From the NCBI GenBank assembly GCA_009914755.4, contig CP068257.2, positions 36,576,001 through 36,640,000 of the forward strand: a DNA stretch of 64,000 nt, read 5' to 3'. A program made the translations under genes and the position numbers. The notes beneath the pieces are model-generated. The model was not told where the DNA came from. It worked only from the letters and a program-made list of their open reading frames with translations, and did not search any database. Below, one piece after another: positions 24,261-36,855 of the stretch (position 1 is the stretch's first letter; each line of letters opens with the position of its first letter). The DNA comes from the human T2T-CHM13v2.0 reference genome, Homo sapiens.

Positions 24261-25919
24261 CCCATCATGCCCCCTCTTCTCAGGTCTGTCTGAGGCTTGC
24301 TGCTCTGTCCCTTAGTGGCTGGGGACAGCATGCTTGCCTATGGCCATGCCTGTAGCTCCACTTTGCTCTGAGAGGCTGAGCAATGCCTCTCATCAGTCTT
24401 CCCACAGCCCCTTGAGTGGCCCAGCACCTACTCAGTGACCCATAGGGATCCGGTAGAAGGAGCAAATCACAGCAAGGCCATAAAGAATTTAAAGCTTAAC
24501 CCAGATGCTGAGCTGGGATGCAAAGCAACAAGCTAGAAAATTGACAGGCAGGCCCCAAATGGTCTTGCAGAGTCTAATGTCATCAGGTTTCTCTGTGATG
24601 TGGCTTTTATTAAACACTTCTTAATAATTTGTGTTATTACTTCTGAGCTTAGAAATGAATTATACTCATTCTCTGGAAATATTTTTAGACTTTGCCTCTA
24701 GGTCATGACCAATAAAAGGTTTAAATTCAAATACTGAATGATCCAAGGGCTCACTTCCTATAGAAATATCTTCATCTATGAGAATGATAATAGTGATAAC
24801 AGCAAATATCCATGGGGTGCCATAATTTATAAAAATTATGTGTTTTTACAAGAATTATTTACTTGTCACCTCAGAGGAAACTCAAAAGGAATATGACTAT
24901 TAGCCCTCAGCGGAAGCTGAAATGTATCACCTATCGTAAGGTATCTAGTCTATTTCCCATGATGTTTACTTTTTGTGTCCGAGAATGTTGCATACTCTCA
25001 TTCAAAGTCTTTCCCAGAAAGGACCAGTTGATAAAGCCACTGGCTCTTTCCAGCATCACGCCTGTACTGATGCCACAGTGGACAGCCTTTGATGCCACAG
25101 GACCACAGCTCAATCTCCTGATTGTGAGGAGAAGAGTGGGGGTGTTCTCACTGCCCCAGGGCATTACTAAAACAGGTTTGATCAGCAAGACATTAAACAA
25201 CAGAGATTAGGCTTAGGAATCTAATATGCCACTATGTGCTTACTGTTGTCCAAATATTAGGAAACACAATCCCAGATCAGTGGGTTAGATTTGTGTTCAA
25301 GGGGACAAGTTGGAATGTGATGCCCTCACTTCAGGTGAGCTCTCTTTACTTGAAACACTCTTAGGTTTACTGGAAGGACTCATTCTCGGGAAGTCACGCT
25401 CTTTTTTACTTAACGTCTTTCATCATGTTAAACATTTATTTTATATTCTCTTTCAGATTGGCTTCTTATTAACCCAGATTACTGAGGTTCTAATTCTATT
25501 TATTTTGTTCCCGCTGACCCTTAAGTGGAGTATATTGTGTCCTGGTATATTTTTATATACCAGGTTTTATATTTGCTTCTGCTAAGATTCCAAAGAGGCA
25601 TGTTTGTCTGGGAAAATCTGCAAGCTAATTTCTTAGCTAGGGAATTCCTGAACAAAGAAGGAAGTGAAAATCTGAGCCCCAACTTTGTGTTTGGAAAAGG
25701 GCTGCACTAATGGATTAGGAGATTCCTACCTTCACACCTAAACCAGGCAGAAAGGGATAGACTTCCCTGTTGCAATCCTGTGCTAATATGCAGGTAATTT
25801 TCTGGTCTTACCTTCAGAGTTCTGTCCTAATGGAGGAAATATCACTTCCCACTCTTGCTTTGTATGGTTCCGAGACCTCAACTTCTGTCCATGTATGGAC
25901 ATTGAAAATTTAGGTTTCT

Positions 25920-26216
25920 GGCTGGCATGTTGGCTCCATGCTTCGGGAGGTAATCCCACTACTTTGAGAGGACAAGGAAGGAGGATTGCTTGAGGCCAGG
26001 AGTTTGAGACCAGCTGGGCAACAAAGAAAGACCCCATTGCTACAAAAAATTTAAAGAAATTAGCTGAGCACAGTGGCATATGCCTGTAGTCTCAGCTACT
26101 CTGGAGGCCGAGGCAGGAGTATTTATTGAGCTCAGGAGTTTGAGGCTGCAATGAGCTATGATTCAGCCTGGGAAACAGGGAGAGACCCTGTCTCTATAAA
26201 AAAAGAAATAAAAATT
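25920..26216 (+). mobile_element. Alu SINE (diverged, older subfamily), plus strand
   Basis: Contains '...gaggattgcttgaggccaggagtttgagaccagctgggcaacaaag...gcctgtagtctcagctactctggaggccgaggcaggag...gcctgggaaacagggagagaccctgtctctataaaaaaag'. Confidence 0.85.
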
Positions 26217-27354
26217 AGTCTTATATGTTTCCAAAGCCAAAATCCACTCCATTCCCACCTGCAAGCATTAGGTCACATGTTTCTGGCACCTCGATTGAAA
26301 GCATTTTTTTTTTAATGCTATACAGCCTTTCTAAACATTTGCAGCATGAACATTTTCAGGTTATCCAGATTGTTGTCACGCTGACCACATACTCTGACAT
26401 TTCCACATCAGCATTTATAACCTCACCTGGGCTGTTTTTGAAGCTGAACTCAAGAATATTTCCTTAGATTCAGCATAAAGAATTGGAGAGCCAAAATATG
26501 AAATATATCCTCTTCTAAGAAATACTCCTAAAAGTAAAGTTAACACCTCAGGTGGCCCTCTTGGTGTTCTAAATGATGAATGGCATATCTGTATTTCTTC
26601 AATTAGTCCACCAATACCAAGGCCTCCGTTTTCTAGGAGGACTTGGGCACAGAACCATGGTACTGCGGCTTACAGCAGCAAGTGCAGTCCCATTAACAAC
26701 CAGCAGATGGCGTAAGTATAACCAGCCCCGAGGGAAGGGCCCAGCGCTCCTGAGATAGGAAAGGAGGAAGTCGTTTATTATTTAAAGGAGAGTTTGAGGA
26801 CGGACTTGAGCTGTGTGAAATTTGAGATATTCAGGGAAGCTGATATATGTTAATCTGTTCCAAGTAACACATGAAAATATCTTTTGCCAACCCAACTCTG
26901 TTTACTTTTTTAATTTCCTCAAAAGAAAAAAAGAAGTGATTGTATCAACAGTGGGACAGGAGGAAAAACAAGGAAAATATCCAAAGGCAGGGACAGAAGT
27001 CTGCAGGTTATATTAATAAAACATTTTAAGCAGGCAGGTCTTTCTTTGAAGGTGAAGCACCTTTCATTTGCTTGCCACTCTGAATAAAAATTACCCCTCC
27101 AAACACAAAATAAACACAACATTTACCATGCCCTGCCAACTTTGCCTTTGCATGGAGTTACCATGGACTTTCCTCGTTGTGAAAGGAACTCCAGCCCCTT
27201 CTGAACCTTCAACTGCAACTCTGAGCGGGTGAGAGTGCATCCCTACTTTCCCCACTGTTCTGGGGTATGGTAAGACAGGCTTGTCTAAATCCTGTCGACT
27301 CCAAGGACTTGTAGAAATTCCTTGTGAGACAAGAGTGGTTTGATAAATAATTCT

Positions 27355-27737
27355 ACCACAAAGACACGTGCAAGGGAATGTTCATTGCAGCCTTATTCAC
27401 AATAGCAAAGACATGGAATCAACCTAAATGCCCATCAATGACAGCTCAGATAAATAAAATGTGGTCCATGTATACCATGGAATACTGTGCAGCCATAACA
27501 AATGAATAAGATCATATCCTTTGCATGAACATGGATGAAGCTGGAGACCATTATCCTTAGCAAACTAACCAGGAACAGAAATCCAAATACCACGTTTTCA
27601 GTTATAAGTGTGAGCTAAATGATGAGAACTCATGAACACAAGGGAACAACAGACACTGGGGTCTACTTGAGGGCACAGGGAGGGAGGAGGGAGCGGAGCA
27701 CAAAAGACAACAATTGAGTATTGGGCTTTTAATACCT
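27355..27737 (+). mobile_element. L1 3' end fragment (plus strand), left part, interrupted by an LTR insertion
   Basis: Collinear with the L1 3' UTR consensus: '...tataccatggaatactgtgcagccataa...catggatgaagctggagaccattatccttagcaaactaaccaggaacagaaa...caattgagtattgggcttttaatacct', and broken at 'aatacct'. Confidence 0.75.
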
Positions 27738-28329
27738 TGAAGCAGAAGTTAAAAAGAGAAAAACGAGTTTTCCTGTACTTACTTGGCTGACTCACTCCAA
27801 GGCTAGCAGTAGGCAGGGCCCTAGTGGGGCCTTGATAACACTATCTGAAAAGCCAGAGCCCAAAGGAATGAGCTCCAGAGACTCTCCCAACACCTCCTCC
27901 CCCAAGCAAGTGTAAGAAAAACTGTTTCTTCGTATCAGTTTCCCCCTTTGAAATTCTTTCCCTATACCATTATCCTTTGATCTGCTCTCACAACTACTTT
28001 TGTAACTATTTCTGCAAGTTTGCAAGGATTTTGTAAGTTCTTGTTTTCCAGCTGTGCCATATGGTGAAGGTCACAAGACAAGCCTGAGTTGTAAAACATG
28101 TCGCTGTTTGGTAAACTGCCTTTGTTCTGCTTCTGTGAAGCTTGCTTGCCCGCCCTGCAGGTTTCACGCCACTAGCTGGCCAACTCCCTTCAGTTGCATG
28201 TATAAAAGTCAAGCCCTGTCTTTGTTCAGGGCTCAGCCTTTGGATGTTAATCTGCTGGGCCAGTGGCCACCTAAATAAAATCTTCCTGTTCCACCCATTG
28301 GTCTCTCCTGTCCCTTAATTCCCACAACA
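27738..28329 (+). mobile_element. Solo LTR of a class-I ERV family related to the provirus LTRs at 31516/36881, with a 4-bp target-site duplication (ACCT)
   Basis: It starts 'tgaagcagaagttaaaaagag', identical to the provirus LTR start when the provirus LTR is read on its own strand. Shared blocks include 'ctgtttggtaaactgcctttgtt', 'tgtataaaagtcaagccctgtctttgttcagggctcagcctttggatgttaatctgctggg' and 'aataaaatcttcctgttccacccattggtctctcc'. 'acct' is present on both flanks. Confidence 0.7.
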
Positions 28330-28437
28330 ACCTGAGTGATGAAATAATTTGTACAAGAAATCCCCGTGACATGAGTTCACCTAAGTAACAAACCTTCACA
28401 TGTACCCCTAAACCTAAAATAAAAGTTTAAAAAACTT
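28330..28437 (+). mobile_element. L1 3' end, right part, continuing after the solo LTR
   Basis: 'acctgagtgatgaaataatttgtacaagaaatccccgtgacatgagttcacctaagtaacaaaccttcacatgtacccctaaacctaaaataaaagtttaaaaaa' matches the L1 consensus 'acctaatgtagatgacgg...catggcacgtgtatacctatgtaacaaacctgcacgttctgcacatgtaccccagaacttaaagtataataaaaaa'. Confidence 0.7.
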
Positions 28438-31400
28438 TATGGTTTGGCTACCTCAGTTATCAAGGGTCTCATCCTACCTCACATGCTCCACATAGCAACA
28501 GAGAGGCACCCAGGCACAGGAGCACACATGCCCTCAGGTGCCCACACGCACTACATGGAGGGCTGCTTCAGTCTCTCCTTCCCTCAGCACCAGCATCCTG
28601 GGATTTCCCAGAGGAAAAAAAACGGGAGCCAGTCTGAGTGGTCAATGTTGAAGCACAGAGGGTTCAGAATGGATTTGCACAACAGATAGCTCTGTGTCTA
28701 GGAATATCCTGGTCTCCTTCACTCATGGCCCAGGTCATCTGGCTTTTGGGATGAGGGGTGCTACATGACACACAGGGCAGGATGTCAAGATGAAAAAGTC
28801 CAGTGTAGAGTTTAGTACCAGAAGAGAGAAAAAAATAGAAAAAAGTGTACAGATCAGGGTGTGATGACTTTGATGATGACCATTTCTTTGAATTGGGCAG
28901 GTTGGAAAAGAAAAATAAGCATTGGGTGGGGCAAGTGCAGGTTAATCTGGGAGAATGTGGAAAGGCACAATACAAAGTAAGAGACTGTATGTTGATCCCT
29001 GGAGATGTTCCTGAGGACACAGGGGATACTTCATTAGCATGTAGGCTCAGTGATAGAAAGGATTCATCATTTTGTTGCAGAGGAAAAGTTCATTGCTGTG
29101 AGATGTCCAGTTTTCATAATATGAAAAGAGCATATGACAATGAGTATTACTACTCAATGATGAGTAATATGTTTTTATGAATATGCATGTGTAAAACTGA
29201 GTTTTTTAATCATTATATTGAATGTGGTTTTCCTTACTCCCTCTTATTGCTGCAACTCTTTGTGAAAGTGATGCATTTCCCTTTATGAGTTACTGATTCA
29301 ACACCCTCTTGTCCAGTTTGTCACATTTTTCTCATTTCTGGACTCACAGTTCTAATTCAGTTTTCTCCTGGGGTTTCAACATGGTTAATTTTTTTCATTT
29401 GCTCCTTTTTCACCTTTGTTTTAAATAGTGGTAGAATAAATCACACACCTTCTTGCTTTGCTTGAAAATTAACTTTTGCATCTTCCAATCAATAGAATTT
29501 TTGTTTAGGTCCTTGAATACAGATTGAGAAATGTAATGGCTAAGTTACCAAAATCAACTAAATTCAGGTAAAACATTTTTGTTTTAATTCCATTAAGTCT
29601 TGTTTGGGTTTCTTTTTCCTTGCATAGGTATTAATAATACTTATTCTATTTCCAATCTACCATTGATAAAAGATAAATGCACTTTCATTTCTCTGAATAC
29701 TTCTATTTAGGAAAACCTACTAAATGTGCAGTGAGTAATTTTAATATTCTATTGAACACTCACTAAAATTGCAGTGCTGAGTATGATAGTTAAATGGAGA
29801 CCCAGAGGAGACCCCATCTGTGGACAGTTACAATTGTACTTAGACCATTTTCCTAACTGGGCTCTCCTTTAGTTCCAGGATACAAGCTGAAAGTAATAGT
29901 AATAGTCTACTCTTTAGATTTAATGTGAAAAATAAGGGCAAATGTTTAAGCTCCTAGAAATATAAAGTTGTCCAGGTTTTTAATGCTAACTTTGGTCATT
30001 TAAAAATAATTTGCAAGACAGAATCCCAAACCAGCTTTCTTACTAGTGATAGGGCCCAAACTGAAAAACTGCTCTCTGCTGATGCAGAAACAGACAGGCT
30101 CACCTTTTTTGATCGAAGTGAGTGGAAACTCCCCTGAAAAAGGAGGTTTTTAAGCAGCAACTAAACCTCAGCCCCCAACTGAAAAACACTGGAAGATCAG
30201 GGATTCCTGGAGGAAAGAGGTCCTGGACTTCAGCAATCGTCCTATTGGTTTAGGCTACAAGGTGCCCAAGCCAGCACCAGGCACCAATAGGCAAGCTGCT
30301 GCAGGCCAGGTCACCTTCACTCAGGATCCCTTTGTGGTTACCGGATGTCAACTGAGGAACGTGATGAGACAAGTCTCAATCATTTTATGAGATTTATTCA
30401 CCAAAGTTAAGGATGTGTGTCCGCAACACAGCCTCAGGAAGTCCTGATGACATGCGCCCAAGGTGGTTGGGGCACAGCTTGGTTTAATACATTTTAGGGA
30501 GACATGAGACATTAATCAATAAATGTAAGGAAGTACACTGGTTCTGTCCAGAAAGGTGGGGACAACTCAAAGCAGGGAGGGGACTTCCAAGTCACAGGTA
30601 GGTGAGAGGCAAAAGGTTGCATTCTTTTGAGTTTCTGATAGGCCTTTCCAAAAGGAGGCAATCAGAATCTGCATCTATCTCAGTGAGCAGAAGGATGACT
30701 TTGAAATAGAATGAGAATCAGATTTGCCCTGAGCAGTTCCCAGCTTGAAGGGGCCCAAGATATCTTCCTTTCACAAAGTCTTAATAGAAGCTGAAGGCTT
30801 CAGATTTAACCCAATTACTGCTGTTAAACATTGCATACAATGGTTCTCAACTAGGGGTGATTTTGACCCCCAAGGGACATTTGTCAAAGTCTAGAAACAG
30901 TTTGGTGATAACAGCTGAGGGAAGGGATGCTGTGAAATCTAGTTGGTAAAGGCCAAGGGTGTAGCATTCTGAAATACACAAAACAGCCTCTTGCTCCACC
31001 CAACAAATAATGATTTGACCCAAAATGTCAACAGCAACAACACTGATAAATGCTGCTACATTGAACTGTTTTTCTAAAAGTACTAAGAGATTAAAATTTA
31101 TATCACATGACTAATTTATGGGGATTAGAAGTTTTTAAGAGCTTTGTTAAGATATAATTCACATACCAAACAATTCAACAATTGAAGTATGTAATACAAT
31201 GGTTTAAGTTTGTTTACAGAATTGTGCAATTGCCACATTACGTTCTATATTTTAATCACCCCAAAAAGACAACTAGTACATTTTAGTCATCATCTCTCCA
31301 TCCTCCCTCTGATTCCCACCGTAAGCCTTAGCAACCATTCATCTACTTTCTATCTCTATAGTTCTGCCTATTCTGTACATTTCACATTGATGAAATTATA

Positions 31401-31515
31401 CAGTATGTGGCCTTTTGCATCTTGTTCTAGCATAATGTTTTCAAAGTTCATCCATGTTGTCTGTATCAGTATTTCATTCCATTTTATTGCCGAATAATGG
31501 GATTTATAACGATAC

Positions 31516-32056
31516 TGCTGCAGAAATCAGGAGAATGGAGAGACCACTGGATGGAAAAGGAGGATTTTATTGAGTGCACTCAGACCCGGCGGATTAACAT
31601 CCAAAGGCTGAGCCCTTAACAAAGGCAGGGCTTGACTTTTATACACACTTCTGAAAGGGGGCTGGATAGTTTGAAACAAGCTTATAGTGGCGCAAAATGC
31701 AGTGACACAAAAGCAGGTAACAAAGGCAGTTTATGAAACAGTGACAGACCTGTAACTCAGGCTTGTTTAAACACATCATGTGACTCCTGCTATGTGGCCC
31801 AGGTGGCTGTTATCTAGGCTTGCCCAAGCTTATCTTGTGTCCTTTGCTGTGCTGCCTGGATGGAAAGCAGGAACTTACAGAAACCAGCCACAGAAAACAG
31901 GAATTTGCAAACTTATGAAACTTGCCAGGGTATAGTGGCACATGGGGCCGGGGCAGGTTGGGGGGTGATGGGGGGCAGGGCTTCAGCTGCCTAAAAGAAA
32001 AAAAAATTGTTTTTCCTCTTTTTAACTTCTGCTTCATTACCCCCTTTGATGCTTTT
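31516..32056 (-). repeat. 3' LTR of the provirus (provirus sense is minus)
   Basis: Bounded by TG...CA. It aligns along its length with 36881-37386, with indels in the G-rich region around 31930-31990. Confidence 0.85.
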
Positions 32057-32059
32057 TAT

Positions 32060-32077
32060 AAATGAGGTTTAATAGAA
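32060..32077 (-). promoter_or_regulatory. Polypurine tract (minus-strand 'AAAAAGCATCAAAGGGGG') immediately 5' of the 3' LTR
   Basis: The plus strand reads 'ccccctttgatgcttttt' directly adjacent to the LTR edge. The junction '...AAAGGGGGTAATGAAGCAG' has the arrangement expected of an MLV-type PPT followed by the U3 start. Confidence 0.6.
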
Positions 32078-33749
32078 AGAATCATTATTATTTAATTCTT
32101 CATGTGAAGGTAGTTAGCTCTTTATTTGGCAAGGGTTAATATTTAGTTAGAGCCATTAGTTGAGTGGCAGTTTGTTTCTCTACAAGAGCCTCTGTAGCTG
32201 TTTGGATGTTCTTAACAAGGAGAGGTAGGAGACAAGGGAGTATGAGGCAGACTCCTAGTATGGCTAAAACTATTCCTACTAAGGTTTTAAATCCTCTGAG
32301 GGATAAAAACCAGCCCCCAAAGAGGGAATCTGAAGACCATCTTTTCCAAGCCTGGAATGGAACATGGGCTAATTTTTGGATTTTTGCAGTTATATTCTTG
32401 ATGACCTTTCCATTGTCATCAATCTCTAGGCAGCAGTTAGTTAAACTGAACTTTCCACATACCCCTCCTTCCTCAGCTAGGAGGTAGTTTAGGGCTAATC
32501 TATTTTAATAAATAGCATTCCTTATTTTTGTGGCTTGCTGGGCTAGCAGATTTAAGGCCTTTACTGTATCATTTGTAATAATTTTAAGTACTGCTTGTAA
32601 CCTTATGATGTGGTTGAGCATGTAAAGAGTTGTGTGGTATTCCCTACATTCCACCTTCTGCCCAGGTGGCTGGGCCATAATATTGGATTATTCTTTCAGG
32701 GGGCCATTAATCGTCCTTGCATTTCCCTATGGTTATGCCCCTTTTATTTCTCCTTTTAGTTTCATCATAGACAGGGTACCCTAAGGCTTCTCCTTGTTTT
32801 AAAGGGATTAGAAAGAAAGACGGTCTAATTGTTCCTAGTACACAGGCCCTTGGCCATTTAACTGGCAGTTGCCGATATGCCCACAGTCCACAAATTCAAT
32901 AGAGGCCGGAGGGTGCCTGTCAGGCATTTGGAGCTTCAAGTTGGTACCGAGAGTAGCATATTTATACCCAGCAAGGGCAAAAGAGGTCTTTACCCTGGGG
33001 AGGGGGCTGAGCAAAGTGGCAAAACAGCAGTAAAACACTAATATTATAAGGAAAGCTACTGGACTTAAGATTTCTAACCATATTGACTTCCCTGATGATG
33101 ACTCGAGTTTCGGCCATGTGTAAACTAGTCAGCTTCCAGGGTGACTAGAGCAGGGCTGTTGCCTCCTCGAGCTTCGGCCGTGCGTTGACTGGTCAGCTTC
33201 TGGAGTGACCAGAGCAGGGCTGTCATTGTCTTCAAGGGCAATTTGGTCCCGTCGTAGGATTGGCCAGCACAGATGGTCTGGATCCTGTTGGCTGGTCCAT
33301 TCATCTCAGGCCGCTGGCTTCAGCTGACTGTGGTGGATCCATGGTACAATTACTGCAACTGTAACGGCAGAGTGAGTGGGCAAGATTACAGTATGGGGCC
33401 TATCCCATATGGGTCTCAAAGTGGTTGGATTCCATTTTTTGACCTAAATAGCATCCCCGGGTTTGAAGGGGTGTGCCAGGTCTGTCAGGCTTATGGGCAT
33501 TCTTTCCCATACCCAGCCATAGACACACTGCATGGCTATCCCTAAAGCCTGCATTTGCCTTCTTAAAGTTAGTTCCCCTAGTTCATGGAGATCACCCTTA
33601 ACTTCACCTGTGATTGGGGTTGCCGGCCGAACAAGATTTCATAGGGTGAATACCTGGTTTGTTTGGTGGGGGTGCACCTTACTCAGAGGAGGACCATGGG
33701 CAAGACCTGATCCCATCTTAGATGGGTCTCTTGACAATATTTTTTTTAG

Positions 33750-34545
33750 TAGCATTTGAGTGTCCAGTTCATGCACTCTATGTTTTTTGAGCTCTGCAGC
33801 TGGTAGGCTGTGTGTAATTTCCATTTTATTTTTAATAGCCATACCAGTTCTTGAACTATTTCAGCTACAAGTGCTGGTCCATTGTCTGACCCAAGAGTTG
33901 GGGCAGTCCAAATCTTGGGATAATGTCTCTTAACATTACTTTGGTTACCTCCCGTGCTTTTTCTGTTTGGGTGGGGAAAGCTTTGACTCATCCTGACAAG
34001 GTGCAGAAGAGTACTAGCATGTACTAATAGCCCCCTGCTCAGGGCAGCTTTGTGAAGTCCATAAGCAGGTTTTCACAGGGTGTGGCTCCCATTTCCTAAA
34101 TTCCCAGGGGCCGAGTAGGTTATTATGGGTCATTCTGAGCACATGTTAGACATTGTTTGCAAACAGCTTGGGTGAGGGCAGTGAGCCGTGGCACATAGAG
34201 GTGGCATCCCAGTAGCGTTTGTAGTGCCGTTTTCCCCATGTGAGTCTCTTGGTGGAATTGTTTTACAAACTTAGGGGCCACCATTTCAGGGATGGCTAGT
34301 CTCCCATCAGAGAATTTCCACCATCCTCCTTCAGTGCATTTTCCAGTTTCTTGGGCAAACCAGGCCTTCTCATTTGGAGAGTAACTTGGGATCTCGGGGA
34401 GGGAAGGTTCTGGGAGGAGAAGCATAGCTAAGGATTCCTTTTCAAAGTGTGGAGTAATCATTGCTGTCCGTTTTGCCTCCCTGTCTGCCTTTCTGTTTCC
34501 TTTGGCCTCTAGTGTTCTTGCTTTTTGGTGCCCTCTGCAGTGCAT
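33750..34545 (-). pseudogene. ERV pol integrase remnants (disrupted)
   Basis: Minus-strand ORFs 34123-34545 ('MHCRGHQKARTLEAKGNRKADREAKRTA...QAVCKQCLTCAQNDP') and 33746-33991 ('...[39 protein letters not shown]') resemble the gammaretroviral integrase N-terminal and core/C-terminal regions. Confidence 0.7.
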
Positions 34546-34840
34546 AACAGCTACCTTCTTTGGGGCCTATACAGTGCCTAAGAGCTGTAAAATCTCCTCT
34601 TTGTATTTTATTTCTTTTTTTCCCAGCAGTTAAGAGTCCTCTCTCCTTGTATATAGCTTCATGAACATGCAATGTGGCAAAGACACATTTTTGTCTTTGT
34701 GATTTGGAATCAGTGTAAATATTGACCTTTTTGTCTCTCATCAGCAAAAGAGCCCTTGTTAGGGCCATTAGCTCTGCCTTCTGGGCTGATGCTCCGGTGG
34801 GCAGAGGCTGAGCCTCTATCACTGAGTCCAACGTTACCAC
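34442..34840 (-). pseudogene. ERV pol RNase H domain remnant
   Basis: The ORF peptide contains the 'AQKAELMALTRALLLMRDKKVNIYTDS' RNase H signature. Confidence 0.7.
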
Positions 34841-34899
34841 CGCATAACCTGCCCAACGGACCCCTTCCAGTATGAAACTGCTCCCATCTGTGAACTACT

Positions 34900-35656
34900 T
34901 AACAACTGGGTCCCTGAGGGGTTGGTCTGTAAGGTCTCCCCTACTCAAGAATACTTCATCTACCATTTTCACACAGTCATGGAGTGGGGTTCCCAGTTCA
35001 ATCAGGAGCAAGGTGGCTGGGTTAAGGGTGTTTACTGTTTCTAAAGCTATGTGGGGATTTTTGCATAGGAGTCCCTGGTACTGAGTCATTCCTGGATTTG
35101 ATAACCAGTGATGCCCTCTCTGGTTCATTAGAGTTATAACTGAATGTGGTAACTGGATGGTCAGCTGCTGCCCTAGAGTCAGTTTGTTAGCTTCTTGTGC
35201 CAGTAGGGCAGTGGCAGCTAGTGTCTTAAAGCAAGGAGGCTACCTTAGTGCCACTGAGTCTAGTTGCTTGGATAAGTATGCCACCAGGCGATGCCACAAT
35301 CCTATGAATTGAGTCAGGACTCCTACAGCCATTCCCTTTTGTTCATGGACATATAGAAAGAAAGGCTCAGTTATGTCAGGCAGTCCTAAGACTGGGGCCT
35401 GTGTTAAGGCTTCTTTGATTTTTTTAAATGCTTTCTCCTGGTCAGCCTCCCAGAGGAGGGGTTCCTTTTCTCTCCCCTTGAATCTGGCCATGTTCAGTAT
35501 AATAGAGGGGTCCCTGAGTTTCCCGGGGAGGCATCTGCAAAGCCCAGGCATGGCCAGACTGGAGGCAGCAGGCTTGATCATCCTGACTTTCCTCCTTGAC
35601 CTGGGGCAGTGGTTTTGATTTTTCTTTTTGAGGCAAGGCCCAGGGTTCGTTACCAT
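34900..35656 (-). pseudogene. ERV pol reverse-transcriptase C-terminal half (thumb and connection); the N-terminal half is deleted
   Basis: The ORF 35240-35656 peptide '...[72 protein letters not shown]' parallels MLV RT '...[69 protein letters not shown]'. Confidence 0.75.
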
Positions 35657-35873
35657 TTGAATTTGACTCCTCGGGGGCTGGCCTTAGTAAAGGTGGGTAG
35701 ATTGGACTGTAGGGAGGAGGGATTCCTATCTCCTCTGGTGATTCCTGCAGAACTGGTTTTTCCTGTGGCTTTCCCTTTGTTTCTGTAGCTGACAGCGAAG
35801 CTGATTTTTCTTTCACTTTAAGCTTGGCTTGAGCCACGGGTGTTTTGCCATAAGCTGTCAGGCAGAGCTGCAA
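35442..35873 (-). pseudogene. ERV gag p12-like region with a PPPY late-domain motif, fused directly to pol by a deletion
   Basis: The ORF peptide '...[23 protein letters not shown]...' is proline-rich. Confidence 0.55.
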
Positions 35874-35882
35874 CCACGCAGG

Positions 35883-36194
35883 TCAGTTTTGGACTATATG
35901 TAGCCATGAGTCAATATAAGGAAATTGGTCTGGATGCCCTGGCTGTCCTCCCACCCCAGTCACCACCTTAAATACATGGCCAATTGTTTCCCTATCTATA
36001 GTTCCTTCGACCAGCCATCTCACACCAAAAGAGGTCCATTCTATTTCACAGAGCGTTCTCAACCTCTGGGGGGTCAACTTGATCCCACAACACTCTGCAT
36101 AACTTTTCTTGAAGTTCTTTAACATACATTGTAATGGGGTGGGTTTCGACAGCTTCCTTCCCATTTCCTCCCAGTTATGACACAACTTATTCAC
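35883..36194 (-). pseudogene. ERV gag matrix (MA) domain remnant
   Basis: The ORF peptide '...TPLQCMLKNFKKSYAECCGIKLTPQRLRTLCEIEWTSFGVRWLVEGTIDRETIGHVFKVVTGVGGQPGHPDQFPYIDSW' parallels MLV MA '...[52 protein letters not shown]'. Confidence 0.7.
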
Positions 36195-36855
36195 TCTTTT
36201 ACTTTCTCTTCAGACTGATTAGACCATCTCCCTCATGGGAACTTTCAGATGCTGCTTAGCTTTAATGGAGGGTTCATATGAGTCCCGAACCTGGACCACC
36301 ACAATCACTGAATTGTGGGGTGCCTCCCTAAGCCATATGTGGTAGCCCCGGAGGACGTTTGCCACTAGTCCTGGTTGGTCCCACACTTTGCTAGGGGCGT
36401 ATGGTCTATGCTAAGAGACCTGTGGCCCCACACACTTCACTCCCCACATTGACTCCTTTTAGAACTGCCTCTTTCACATGCATTCACACACTTCCCTGCT
36501 CCCCATTCCTTTTCTCTGGGTGGGGTGTAGGTTTCATCCGACTTTGTGAGCCACTCCCACATCCTGGGTCAGACTACTCAGTGCACCCCTAGGAGTTGAT
36601 CAGGCTCCCCTTCTGTCCTTATGGGATGGGTCCTGTCTTGGGCCCCAAACCTTACCACGGTCCTGTGGCGCACTATCCCTGGAATCATCCTGTAATCCCT
36701 TAGATTCTGTTGCGCTGTCAGGGAGGGGTACTGGATCACGGAAGAACCAATCCCTTCTCTGGGTTTAAGTTCCCCGATGGCGTGCCTGAGGTCACAGGTC
36801 TCCCCCAGCTCAGGGCCCCAGACCCACAGGCAAAGGAGACAGCAAACCTGTCATC

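Noticed and set aside
24863-24935. Short tandem duplication giving a repeated 'SPQRKLK' peptide in an ORF
   Set aside because: It is a ~30-bp local duplication in non-coding sequence. The ORF is short with no coding context.
30340-30800. A possible further LTR-like repeat ('...tttattcaccaaagttaaggatgtgtgtccgcaacacagcctcaggaagtcctgatgac...')
   Set aside because: It has the feel of an LTR R/U5 region, but I could not find terminal TG/CA ends, a target-site duplication or a second copy. Evidence is too weak to call.
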